DNA of 47,478 nt from Candidatus Aenigmatarchaeota archaeon (GTDB lineage: Archaea; Aenigmatarchaeota; Aenigmatarchaeia; QMZP01). A model generated the notes under the pieces. It was not told where the DNA came from. It did no database searches and saw only the letters and a program-made list of their open reading frames with translations. A program made the translations under genes and the position numbers. Where the stretch lies: contig JADHYO010000001.1 in NCBI GenBank assembly GCA_016782405.1, positions 1-47,478 of the forward strand, given 5' to 3'. Positions 17,288-27,300 of the stretch are shown here, piece after piece; position 1 is the first letter of the stretch, and each line of letters starts with the position of its first letter.

Positions 17288-17572
17288 ATGTTGTGCATTG
17301 AACTCCACTACCCGGGGAATGACCCATCCTTTGTGGAGGACATAAGGAAAGAGGTAGCTGATAGGCTGAAGGTGTTTGCTGATTTCGCCCACAGTATCGG
17401 GTTCAATCACGTGAACTCTAATGTCGGTCACCTCTACAAAGTAATAAGGAAAGTACCCTTTCTCCGTCTCTACGGGTCGGATTTGGATGAGCTTGCTCAG
17501 GTGAGGGGTGCTTTGAGAGGTGTGATGCTCGAAATTCAGGTGATGCCGCTCATAGAGTTCATACCGGAGTAA
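17288..17572 (+). CDS. Hypothetical protein
   Basis: GGAGG SD; starts 1 nt after the previous stop. Confidence 0.65.
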   Translation: MLCIELHYPGNDPSFVEDIRKEVADRLKVFADFAHSIGFNHVNSNVGHLYKVIRKVPFLRLYGSDLDELAQVRGALRGVMLEIQVMPLIEFIPE

Positions 17573-17651
17573 CTGTTATTGGGGAGGGAGCAGTCCAAAG
17601 TCGGGGCTGCTCTTCCCTTTGTTTTCCAAGTTCTTTTGAAATGAGAGGAAA

Positions 17652-18509
17652 GTGAAGATGAGCAGTGTGTATGCGACGAATCTCAGCATGCGGCGGATGA
17701 TGGTTATTCCCGCTCTACGCGAAAGACAACTCCACGTTGGTGGGTTGCGCGTCCTTTTCAACAAGCAACCCACAGACGTTCGTTACATCATGTTCTACCC
17801 GAGGAGAAGTTATGCCGTTCTCCCCTACAACCTCGGGGGGATGCTCATGTACGGCAGGAATAGCACTCTATACATCCCCGAGAGCAGGGATGGTGGCGTT
17901 AGCGACATCTTCATCGTGGGGGGTTATTGTGGTCACAAATTCGCGGTACGGCTGAGTGGCAGCGATCTGTACCGCACGTTCATCGAAAAGGGGGCGGATG
18001 CACTTTTCCATTCCTTGTTCCCGGAAGCGATCCAGGATTTCGAGAAGCTCTGCGGCGGGCGGCAGATTTGCATTCACATGCACGGCCTGCTGAGCGTTCC
18101 CATACCCCATTTTAAGTGGGACAGAGTAGACCTGTCTCCCATTACCGGCAGAAGCACTTCCCTAGGGGAGCCGAAGCATGTAACTGATGATGCGAGCATC
18201 TTCGGGCTGGGGATAAAACTGACTGGGGAGTCACTGATATACAATCAAGACCACGAAGGCATAGTATGCCTGTTCAAGGGGTCGGTGAATATCGAGGGGA
18301 TGGAGTTCTCCCTGGGGAACAGGATCCACGCCCTCTCGATGATGAAACACCTTTCGAACTCCAATCAACCGCTGATCGACTGCAGCGGATTTCCGAAGAA
18401 GAAATCACCGGAGCCCCCTGCTCGTGACCAGGAGCAAGACCAGGATGGTGAGCAGGATCCGGATGCCGTCGCCGAGCAACCTGAAGCGGCCGTCGTTGCC
18501 GAGGGCTAA
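17652..18509 (+). CDS. Hypothetical protein with acidic C-terminal tail
   Basis: 285-codon ORF, GAGG upstream. Confidence 0.65.
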   Translation: MKMSSVYATNLSMRRMMVIPALRERQLHVGGLRVLFNKQPTDVRYIMFYPRRSYAVLPYNLGGMLMYGRNSTLYIPESRDGGVSDIFIVGGYCGHKFAVRLSGSDLYRTFIEKGADALFHSLFPEAIQDFEKLCGGRQICIHMHGLLSVPIPHFKWDRVDLSPITGRSTSLGEPKHVTDDASIFGLGIKLTGESLIYNQDHEGIVCLFKGSVNIEGMEFSLGNRIHALSMMKHLSNSNQPLIDCSGFPKKKSPEPPARDQEQDQDGEQDPDAVAEQPEAAVVAEG

Positions 18510-18641
18510 CGGCAGGGATAAAAATTAAGTTAAGCACGGGTGGTAATATCCATTTTTGGATATTTGAGGGTTTCGCTGCCTGTGTTTTTGTTCTGTCAAC
18601 TTAGCGGGGTCAATAGCATGTAACGGCTTGGATTGATTCCC

Positions 18642-19241
18642 TCAGCCAGCTTTGGTTAAAGAGTGAATTTTCCTCTTTATTTTTTTGTGGCCCCTGACCC
18701 CTGATGTTTTTCTAATGTAAAGAGCCAGCTTTTTTTTGTTCAGGCTTCCTGCCATAGCTTTCCAAATGTCGTCAAGGAATGGATAATTGAAATAAATCAT
18801 GTCTATCAAGGTCTTTTCCAGGTCAGATACCCTCACGCTCTCACCATCCACCTTCATGGTTTCATACCCGAAGTACATTTTTCTTGAAACCCTGCGGACA
18901 ATCACTTTCCTTTCTCCAACGATTCTCTCCCCAACTTTGATTTTTTTCGGTGCCTTGGTAGTGAGTACATTTACATTCGGAATTTGGTCCCAGAAACCGT
19001 GCAGAAATGCCGCTGTCCCCAGGCCAATATACGCCTCTCCAAGGGGGACTGTTATTAAGTAAGGGGTTTCCTTGAAGGAATACCACCCCTTAATTAATGG
19101 GATTATTTTCCCCTTTTCCCTGAGCCTGTGGATAAAGACTTTGGCATACCCATTGCCCATTTCACCCTGGACCGTTTTCAGGCTGAAAACACTGGCTTTC
19201 TCCAGTTTTTCCTGGAATTTTTTGTATTTAACCCTTGGCAT
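18642..19241 (-). CDS. AbiEi-like antitoxin (type IV TA)
   Basis: N-terminal wHTH (..GKI..L.KG.Y), AYIG..TA...HG..DQ.P, VSDLEKTLID. Confidence 0.85.
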   Translation of the reverse strand: MPRVKYKKFQEKLEKASVFSLKTVQGEMGNGYAKVFIHRLREKGKIIPLIKGWYSFKETPYLITVPLGEAYIGLGTAAFLHGFWDQIPNVNVLTTKAPKKIKVGERIVGERKVIVRRVSRKMYFGYETMKVDGESVRVSDLEKTLIDMIYFNYPFLDDIWKAMAGSLNKKKLALYIRKTSGVRGHKKIKRKIHSLTKAG

Positions 19242-19848
19242 ACATGTACACCTTCCTCTTTATTGTTTCAAAGTCAGGGCATTTTCCCATCAGAATGATT
19301 TCCTTAAGACCTGCAAAATCCCTTGGAACCTTGATAGGTTTTAATCCCTTCAGGTGAATATCCGCTTTGTCAAGAAGGAAGAATATGTCATACAAATCCC
19401 TTGCTTTTTTTCTCCCCTTAAAAGCATCAATCTTCTCCTGGATTAGATCCCTGGCTGACAGTGTTCCTATAATCAGGGAGTCGCCACCCACCATAAAAAA
19501 CTCACCATCAACAGGGCTGACCTTCCTGAACATTGGCGAAACCTCAACCTCAACCTCTGCCACACCATCACTGAATTTCATATAAACAACATCAGATCCA
19601 GTCACCTTCCCTTTAAGCATGGTGAAGTCTGACTTTTTGAAATGTTCCAGGATTTCTTTTGGCTTGCTGAAATAAAGGTCCAAATCATATGAGAACCTTT
19701 TCCCACCATAAACCCTCCAGATTGCTGTCCCACCATGCAGCACAACATCAAACTTCGAGAGAAGTTCAACTATCAGTTTGTCCTGGAGCTCTGCTATCTT
19801 GAGGAGCTTCCCTTTCAACAGCTTGTTAAGTGGAAATTTGGTGTCCAT
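19228..19848 (-). CDS. AbiEii/AbiGii nucleotidyltransferase toxin
   Basis: HGGTAI..VYG..RFSYDLD, EKI.A...R.KARDLYD. Confidence 0.9.
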   Translation of the reverse strand: MDTKFPLNKLLKGKLLKIAELQDKLIVELLSKFDVVLHGGTAIWRVYGGKRFSYDLDLYFSKPKEILEHFKKSDFTMLKGKVTGSDVVYMKFSDGVAEVEVEVSPMFRKVSPVDGEFFMVGGDSLIIGTLSARDLIQEKIDAFKGRKKARDLYDIFFLLDKADIHLKGLKPIKVPRDFAGLKEIILMGKCPDFETIKRKVYMYAKG

Positions 19849-19959
19849 AGTATTATATATACCCAGGTTATATAAAAACATAACCCTCGTATAAAAAGCG
19901 TTCAAGTGTAGCAGAAGGGGCAGAGCGGATTGATGGAAAACTTAAAGTCTCAGTGGTTT

Positions 19960-20883
19960 TTATTTCTGAATGTGACTAACTCTCAATTGTGCTACCTTTT
20001 GCCCCTTAAATCTTGGCATTTCCAAAAACAAATGATATAATACATCTTGTGTGGGGTATGTCATAAATACACCACCTGAAGGATCTACAGGTACCCAAAA
20101 GCCACTTTTGGAATTTAATGGAACATAAATTTCAGGCCACGTATGACCTATAACAGTAGAAGTAAGTTTGGTTTTATCATCACCATATGTACCAATTGGC
20201 TTGTCGCCAACTACTTTGCCGGTCACCCTTCTTGATACCAAACCTAAAGCACTAGATAACCCTACAAAAAAAGTTGAGATTGATTTACAATCCCCTGAAA
20301 CATTTCCCCTTTCAAAATATTCCTTCACAAGATGAGGCATATATTCTGACATATTCCACGTGCTTTCATCTTCATCTCTATCAAAACAGTCCAATACAAA
20401 ACTGTATAGGTTAACCAGAAAATTCCCGAAACTTCTTTCTGGTCTAATTTTTTTCGCAATTTCTTCGCTGCCTTTAACTATCTCTGGAATCTTTTCTTTT
20501 TGTGTATTTGCCAACACAAAAGCTGTTGTTGGTAAACTAACATCTTCACTTTCAACATACCTACTAACAAAGGAATAAGTGGAATTATCATTAGAAACTA
20601 GATTCGCTTTTGTTAAAATAGGATTTTTTTGAGGGTAAGAAACAGGAAATTCTGGAAATCCCCTAACTTCTTCTCTAAATTCTAGAGACCCTTTGTAGCC
20701 AATTTCGATGAGAATATTCTTATCTTGAACTATTGGCATAGTTAACAAGTTAGTGTCAGCATTATGATCGTCTGGAACTGGTATATCATACCATTTTCCA
20801 GCTTCTAAGTCTATATCTATAATCGAATCTGGTTCTGCTAATTCTCCATCCGGATCCGTTACCCTAGTGGCGTATGATAACAT
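19960..20883 (-). CDS. Transglutaminase-like domain protein
   Basis: GDC, GHTW.E and W.PVDPS give a Cys-His-Asp triad. AT-rich relative to neighbours. Confidence 0.85.
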   Translation of the reverse strand: MLSYATRVTDPDGELAEPDSIIDIDLEAGKWYDIPVPDDHNADTNLLTMPIVQDKNILIEIGYKGSLEFREEVRGFPEFPVSYPQKNPILTKANLVSNDNSTYSFVSRYVESEDVSLPTTAFVLANTQKEKIPEIVKGSEEIAKKIRPERSFGNFLVNLYSFVLDCFDRDEDESTWNMSEYMPHLVKEYFERGNVSGDCKSISTFFVGLSSALGLVSRRVTGKVVGDKPIGTYGDDKTKLTSTVIGHTWPEIYVPLNSKSGFWVPVDPSGGVFMTYPTQDVLYHLFLEMPRFKGQKVAQLRVSHIQK

Positions 20884-20962
20884 GTTGATAAGAAGGATTG
20901 TTATATTTATAAACTTGTTTTGTTACTACGCCTCCGTATAAATTAACCCCCGAAGGGGCCTC

Positions 20963-21241
20963 TCACATCCGACCGTATATTTTGTGGGCCTGTTCAGCTG
21001 TTAAAAATTCAGTCACCTTCACGGTTTTGCTTTCAATATCAATGATGTAGAAAAACCTGTAATTTCCAATTCTTAGCCTGTAAGCTCTTCTCCGGCTTCC
21101 TTTTATCTCCTTTTCATCTTTTCCATCAGGGAATGGGTTTGCTTTCAAAGCTCGTAACCTTACTTTAATATTATTCGCTTCTTTTTTTAGGAGAATATTT
21201 ATTTTTTCCAGTACGCTAATCTCCACAAGAAGCCTGAACAT
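20963..21241 (-). CDS. RelE/ParE family toxin
   Basis: L..NPFP...K.IKG....YRLRIGNYR.FY.ID. Confidence 0.88.
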   Translation of the reverse strand: MFRLLVEISVLEKINILLKKEANNIKVRLRALKANPFPDGKDEKEIKGSRRRAYRLRIGNYRFFYIIDIESKTVKVTEFLTAEQAHKIYGRM

Positions 21242-21433
21242 TCAATCCAGCTCCGTGAACTTTCCTTCTTTTGCTATCCTATGCTGGGTTTCAACAAGAA
21301 AGTCCCTTCTTCTAATCCTCATATGCTCTTCTACTAAATTCCGGATAACCGTGTCGTAGGTATCGCCCATAGTCCCAACATTCTTAAGCTTCTCAACAGT
21401 GGACTTCTCTAATTGAATAGTTGTTTTTTGCAT
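21242..21433 (-). CDS. Ribbon-helix-helix-type antitoxin
   Basis: TTIQL...T...LK..G....TYD.VI..L; adjacent to relE. Confidence 0.8.
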   Translation of the reverse strand: MQKTTIQLEKSTVEKLKNVGTMGDTYDTVIRNLVEEHMRIRRRDFLVETQHRIAKEGKFTELD

Positions 21434-21482
21434 ATTATATAATAAACATAATAGTATATAAATGTTATATATAATGTATAAG

Positions 21483-21556
21483 AGCCTCTGAAGGGAATCG
21501 AACCCCTAACCTTTCGTTTACGAAACGAATGCTCTACCAGATTGAGCTACAGAGGC
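21483..21556 (-). tRNA. tRNA-Thr(CGT), intronless
   Basis: Acceptor GCCTCTG/CAGAGGC; anticodon arm TTCGT-TTCGTAA-ACGAA; T arm AGGGG-TTCGATT-CCCTT. Confidence 0.95.
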
Positions 21557-21632
21557 TTTAACTTTGGAGCCGCAGACTTCGCTGCGGAGACCTTACATAG
21601 TAATATTAATAACCAGTATTCAAAAAAGACCT

Positions 21633-22067
21633 ATGGAACAAAATTTGAAAGAACAAGAGGAGAAGAAGTTGAAAGAGGGTTGGATAAAAACAAGCATGAT
21701 GATTGAGGTCCTTGCTGTGACTGAGGAAGCTGCCCGCTCCTCTCTGGAGGAGCATGTAAAGCAGATGGAGAGGGAGAAGAAGTCCCTGATAGTTAAGAAG
21801 GATTTCAAGGAAATCCGTAAGGTTGATAAGCCCTTGCCTAACTTAGAGGTGGGTTATTCAAATGTTGTGGCGCTTGAGGTTCTTGCAGCAGACTTTGATA
21901 CGCTTGTATTCATTGCCATGAACTATGCCCCAACCACAATTGAAATCTTCTCCCCGGACAGAATCCAGATGGATGCAGGAGAAGCGCAGGGGATTTTGAA
22001 CTCAGTTTCAGACCTTATCCACAAGTTTGCCCAGCAGGGCCTTGGTGGGGTTGTTATCCGGAGCTAA
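21633..22067 (+). CDS. Hypothetical protein
   Basis: ATG at 21633; composition typical of a globular protein. Confidence 0.75.
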   Translation: MEQNLKEQEEKKLKEGWIKTSMMIEVLAVTEEAARSSLEEHVKQMEREKKSLIVKKDFKEIRKVDKPLPNLEVGYSNVVALEVLAADFDTLVFIAMNYAPTTIEIFSPDRIQMDAGEAQGILNSVSDLIHKFAQQGLGGVVIRS

Positions 22068-22075
22068 ACTCGAGA

Positions 22076-23266
22076 TTAGGCCCATTCTGTCAATCTTCTC
22101 TGCTGAAGGATTCTGCTTTGCTTTTTGTAGGCTTGAATTGGAATCCTGAGGAGGGAGTCGCAGTAGTTGAGGGCTTCCTCTATTGTTGCAAACCTTTTCG
22201 GTGGCTGCTTGAATGCGTGCTCTGCAGTCTGGCGAACAACCCATACCCCTAAAGGGACGGAGTAGCCTTCCCCAACTTCGCGGAAAGAGATCACCCGAGC
22301 TTGCCTCTTCACAGAGTCGAGATATCGGACCGCTGGGAGACGCGCTGCATAATATCCACCAGCCTGACTCTCCGCATACGATGTTCTTCCATGATGAGGT
22401 TCATACTCTTCAATTATTTTTGACTGTGTCTGGGTGGACCAGTTGCTTCCAGGAGCCCATGCTTCGAAATTCTCAAATTCCCAGGAGCCTGGCATCATCA
22501 GGATGACAAAGTGATTGTCTAGGTACTGGGACTCAAAGACAATGTAATCATTAACTGATGGGTATGTTCTCACCTGACTCATTAGCTTTTTTGCAATTAT
22601 GTCATCGACTCCTGTTACTGACCATCTTGAGGGGACCAGCTTCTTATTTTCCTGCAGTCCAAGTGTGCCAGAGGAAAGTATGCTTGCTAAACGATAGACA
22701 TCCATTCCCTGTTGGTAAAGTAGGAAGGCCTGCTCACCAGCTTTCAACTCATCTGAAACAATTCTCTCCACCCGGACAGGGATGCTAACGTTGTCTGTGA
22801 CGCGCATTTTCTCTAGAAGCCCAGATGGACCCATTGGCTGGAAGCTTTCTGATAAAGAGAAGGAGAACTGCGGAGTCCTTCGGAAGGAGGTTTCCACGTC
22901 AGCAGGCTTCTTTGCAAGTGCGAGCTCCTGCATTTCCTGTACAAACTTTGAGGAGGAGCGGATGCCTTCAACTTTTTTGGATCGGAGGAGAAAGGAGCGA
23001 AGTTCAATTATTTTCGAGTAATCCATTCCAAACCACGTTGAGGGGGAATCAAGCCCTTCCTTTGGTTCAATTCCGAGCATTGGGCCTGCCAATATGTTTG
23101 GGTAGCCGCGGCGGCCGATGAAGACTGAGTAGGAAGGCCCGAAGAAATCTTTCTTTAGTTTTCCCTGGATATCCTTTTCTAATGTTGGGGAGGGGAAGGG
23201 ATAGCTTTTGTGTATGCAGAACGGGCGGCGGCCTGCACAGAGCGGACAAGAAGGGACAGAGACCAT
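22076..23266 (-). CDS. nreA: Nre family DNA repair protein
   Basis: CxxC..R..C N-terminus, SVFIGR.GYP, KLVPSRWS.T.VD, GGYYAARL, VPLGVWVVR, C-terminal PIP-like QRRLTEW. Confidence 0.9.
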   Translation of the reverse strand: MVSVPSCPLCAGRRPFCIHKSYPFPSPTLEKDIQGKLKKDFFGPSYSVFIGRRGYPNILAGPMLGIEPKEGLDSPSTWFGMDYSKIIELRSFLLRSKKVEGIRSSSKFVQEMQELALAKKPADVETSFRRTPQFSFSLSESFQPMGPSGLLEKMRVTDNVSIPVRVERIVSDELKAGEQAFLLYQQGMDVYRLASILSSGTLGLQENKKLVPSRWSVTGVDDIIAKKLMSQVRTYPSVNDYIVFESQYLDNHFVILMMPGSWEFENFEAWAPGSNWSTQTQSKIIEEYEPHHGRTSYAESQAGGYYAARLPAVRYLDSVKRQARVISFREVGEGYSVPLGVWVVRQTAEHAFKQPPKRFATIEEALNYCDSLLRIPIQAYKKQSRILQQRRLTEWA

Positions 23267-23362
23267 AAAAACAATTATTTTTCTCTTTTTTATTGCTGAG
23301 GGGAGTACGATTCCTCGAGTTCCTTGAGAAAAATTTAAAAGGGGAAACCCTAATTAGAGTGT

Positions 23363-24010
23363 ATGAAATGCCACTCCTGCGGTGCTGGTGCTGAGAAGGG
23401 TTGGAGGTTCTGCCCGAAATGTGGGGCGCCTGCTGCCAGGAGGGCCTTTAATTTCGGTGATATTTTCTCTAAAATGAAGAAGGAAATGGACCAGATTACC
23501 AAGGAAGTGGAAAGTGGGTTTGAGCGGGAAGTTGAAGGGGTGGACATAACACCACACTTTAGGAAGCAGGGCGGCGGTTCTGGTTTCTCAATAAAGATTC
23601 ACTCGGGAACGGGGGTGAAGCCTCGTGTCCAGGTTAAAACATTCGGAAATGTGGACAGGGGGAGGGTGGAGAAGCAGTTACAAGAGCAGCTTGGCTACCG
23701 GCCAAGGGTCAAGGTGGCTGCCGGTGAGGTGGGAAGAGAAAGAAACAAAGAGACAAACATCCCTGCACCCAAAACAACTGAGGAGCCTGTTGCAGATGTG
23801 AAGAAGGCGGACTCAGGTGTTGCTGTTTCATTGGAACTTCCTGGGGTAAAGAGCGAAGATTCAATCCAGGTGAAGGAGCTGGAATCCTCTGTTGAGGTCA
23901 GGGCAATCGCAGGGGAAAAAAGATTCTTCAAGATAATAACAAAGCCAGAACAGTCCCGCCTGGTAGATAAAAAGTTCAGCAAAGGCAAGCTCCACCTGGA
24001 GTTTGTGTGA
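23363..24010 (+). CDS. Zinc-ribbon + Hsp20/alpha-crystallin-like protein
   Basis: CxxC...FCPKCG; EEPVADV...ELPGV...I. Confidence 0.8.
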   Translation: MKCHSCGAGAEKGWRFCPKCGAPAARRAFNFGDIFSKMKKEMDQITKEVESGFEREVEGVDITPHFRKQGGGSGFSIKIHSGTGVKPRVQVKTFGNVDRGRVEKQLQEQLGYRPRVKVAAGEVGRERNKETNIPAPKTTEEPVADVKKADSGVAVSLELPGVKSEDSIQVKELESSVEVRAIAGEKRFFKIITKPEQSRLVDKKFSKGKLHLEFV

Positions 24011-24012
24011 TT

Positions 24013-24324
24013 CTATTCTTTTACTTCCATGAGCTGCCTGCAAACCTCGAAAATTTCTGAAGTTGCCTGGTCCATGCTAATTTCCTGGGAAGCAACCCTA
24101 ACAGCTATTCCGTTTGCGTCTTCAAGTAGCTGGGGATAGTTCACAAAGATTCCAGCCCTCTTTCCGCGGAGGTCTCGTTTGTAATGGGAAACAGCTGGTT
24201 GGGAGAGTCCAAGGGTTTCTGCAGCCTTTTTCTGGGAGAATCCCTGATCAATAAGTTTTTTTGCAACAAGTGAGCGCATGCAGGGAAGGACTTCTTGGGA
24301 AATCACTTCAAAGACTGTTTTCAT
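24013..24324 (-). CDS. XRE-type HTH transcriptional regulator
   Basis: LP..RS.VAK.L...GFSQKKAAETLGLSQPAVSHY....RG. Confidence 0.85.
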   Translation of the reverse strand: MKTVFEVISQEVLPCMRSLVAKKLIDQGFSQKKAAETLGLSQPAVSHYKRDLRGKRAGIFVNYPQLLEDANGIAVRVASQEISMDQATSEIFEVCRQLMEVKE

Positions 24325-24362
24325 AATACATTCTTGTTGTGGCGGGTTTAAATATAACACTG

Positions 24363-27300
24363 TTAATTCCTTTTTCTTTTCCTATAAAATCTCAAATAAA
24401 ATGCAACAATTATTATAGCAGCTACAATACCACCAACTGCTGTCGCTGCAACAGCCGGTTGTTCTGAGAAGAAACGTCCTGCAGGGCTTCCCCCTGGGAG
24501 GCATTTCCCCTCTTTGCAACCAAAATCGCAAGATTCTTGTTTAAGCCATTGCATTCCATCTGGAGAGCATTTGGTTACATTATTACCGCTGCATTTTAGC
24601 TCATCTGGGATGCATATCTTTTTGGGAGGTTCAGGCTTTGGGGCCGGGCAGTCTTGTGGGCATGAACCCTTCTCCTCGGGGTCACACTTGTTGTCTCCGC
24701 AATAAGAGCAGGATTGTGATTCAACGGGCTTGCTGGTTGTTGTGTTGCATGAGTTCTCATCGACACATTCTCGGGTCTGGGTTCCTTTTTGGCATTGGCC
24801 CCATGGGGTGCAGTTCCAACTCTCTGTACATGTTACAGGGGAGCTGCCACCACCACCGCCACCGCCGCTGGAGCCACCAGTTGTGGCGCAGGCCCCGCAG
24901 TCAGTTGAACAGGAAGAACATGATTCAGAAGAATCGCAGACTGAATCACCGCAAGTGAAGTTCTCTGCAATTGAAAAGGCAGAGAGGTTGGTACTGTTTA
25001 TAATTACAAAGTTACCTGAGGTGCTGAGGCTGTAATTTGCGAGTAGGCTTTCCCAGGAGCCTTCGCATGTTCGGGCAGAGAAGTTCCACGTATGGCACGC
25101 GTATGGGTGGACGCGGGATTCGCTAGTGAATTCTCCCTCAGTATATTGTATGCTCAGGGATACTTTGCTGAAATTGAAACCAGTTTCCATTGAAACACTT
25201 TCCCTGAATGCAATTATCCCTGAGGGCAGACCGGTTGAAACTGAAAAGCCACTGTCTAGGCTTATATTTCTGTTGGTTTCAGCAGATATGTTTGTGCTGA
25301 AAATTGTTGCATTGAAATCTGCGGTCTCAAACGCAATGTCAAAGAACCCAGTTGGGATGGATGCAATGAATTCGCTCACGTTGGTTGTTGACTGTGCCCT
25401 CAGGATACTGGTACCATTATAATAAACCTTTACCCTTGTGACATTTGTTGCGTTTCCTGCATTGTTGTTGATTGACATGCTCACGTTAACTGGTGAAGCC
25501 ACTTCCAGGGATCCGGCCGAAAGGTTGACCTCATTTCCCCAGGAATCATTTGCATGGATTGTTACTGAATACATTCCGAGGAGGCTGGATGTGTTGATGC
25601 TTGAGTTGAAAAGCCCAATCCCTGCTGAGTAAAGTGTTCCTGTGAAATTTGCTGTTGAGTTTGTTATGTTGAAACGGATAGTATCCAATACCCCATTATC
25701 TGAAACTTTTGCAATGATTGTTATGTTTTCCCCAACACTGGCAAGCGGCTGCGAGATGTTGGCTGCGGTGATGTTAGGGGAAGTGGTGTCATTCACTATC
25801 AGGTTGTAGGTTGTGAAATTTACTGAATAGTTTTGGTTCTCTTCAAAAATTGCGGTGATGTTGTATGTTCCTGGACTCTCCAACACACTGATATTTTCCA
25901 CTCTCCCAGACGAGTTCCCTGATAGAGAATTGTTTATGAACAAGAGGATGGTCTGGTTCGGGGAAACAATTACAGTGAAATTAATGCTGCTATTTTCAAC
26001 TGCGGAGATGTTTCCTTGGGTGCTGTTCAGAAGCAGGGTCACGTTGGAGGTTGCCTTGTCTATTGTGAACTCTATTTTTTCTGTTGAGTTCTCGTTGCCG
26101 GCGGTGTCATTCCCAAATGATATCCAATAGAACGTTCCTGCCGGAAGTGTTTCATTGTGGTTTGTCACATTGTTTCCAAAGGATACCATAGTGTAATTCA
26201 TTGCTGAGCCTGACCAATTCCCCTCGATTAAAACAGAGTCCATTCCTGTACTGTCATTCCATGTCACGTTAAAAACAGAGGCTGATTCTGCATATGTCGA
26301 GTGTATATCAGAGGCATTATTCTCCCATGTCGGGTTGGTGGCGTCTATTGTTAAGGTGAAGTTTGATGCTGAGAAATTAGACTCATTCAACTCATTGAAC
26401 GCAAGACAGTTCCATTCGAATTTACCTTCTGGGATTCCTGCCAGCTCCCAGGAAGACGAATTACTTGCTCCGGAAACATCTGAAGTCTGGTTCAGTGCCC
26501 AGTTTCCAAGCGCGCTGGTGTACAGTGATATGTTGGTAAGGTTGTTCTGTATGTCAAAGACTGAGCAATTGAATTCAATGGTTGTGTTTCCTGTCAACGT
26601 GTTGTTCGAAGGGGAATTCAGGGTGATGGTGAGGTTGTTCGACTGCAGCTCATGGGAGCTGATTAGCGAGAAACTTTGGTTGGCTTGTGGGACAGATGTT
26701 CCATTTACCACAACGATCCATTCCCCTGCTGCTGGAGAAGATACTAAAACCTGCTCTATTGGGTTGATGTCATCCTTCTGTAGCTGGGAGGCGGGCTGGG
26801 TGGGGTTGCTGACATTCAATGTCCAGGGGAATGCCTGGGAGCTGTTCGGGGCAGTGACAATCAAATCAAGGTCATTAACCAATGCCTTGGCAGCTAAAGG
26901 AGTTCCTTCATAATCATCCCATGCCAATGTAATCTTTAGCTCTGACTCAGTTCCAGATGCATTAATGGAATATGTTTTGCTGTCACCTGTTGCAGTAATG
27001 TTATCTTCAACAATCACAGTGCTGTTCACATTCTCCCTTACCTTGTCCACTGCAGCTGTTGCATTCACCAGGCCCCAGCCTGTTGTGTAATCAGGTCCTG
27101 TTTCATTCAAATCCTTTGCAGTATGTGTTAGCAACGCTTTCATTGTGGACGGGAGAAGGACATTATTGCTGTTATAATTTTTGTAGTCCTCTACTACAAT
27201 GGCGGCAATACCTGCCACAGCAGGGGTTGCCATTGATGTTCCGCTCTTTACTGTACAGTCACTGTTTGAGTCATCGTCCAAAGAGGAAATAGAAACCCCA

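Noticed and set aside
21483..21556. tRNA-Thr(CGT) as the integration site of the adjacent TA/orphan region
   Set aside because: No duplicated tRNA 3' end and no integrase were seen in the window.
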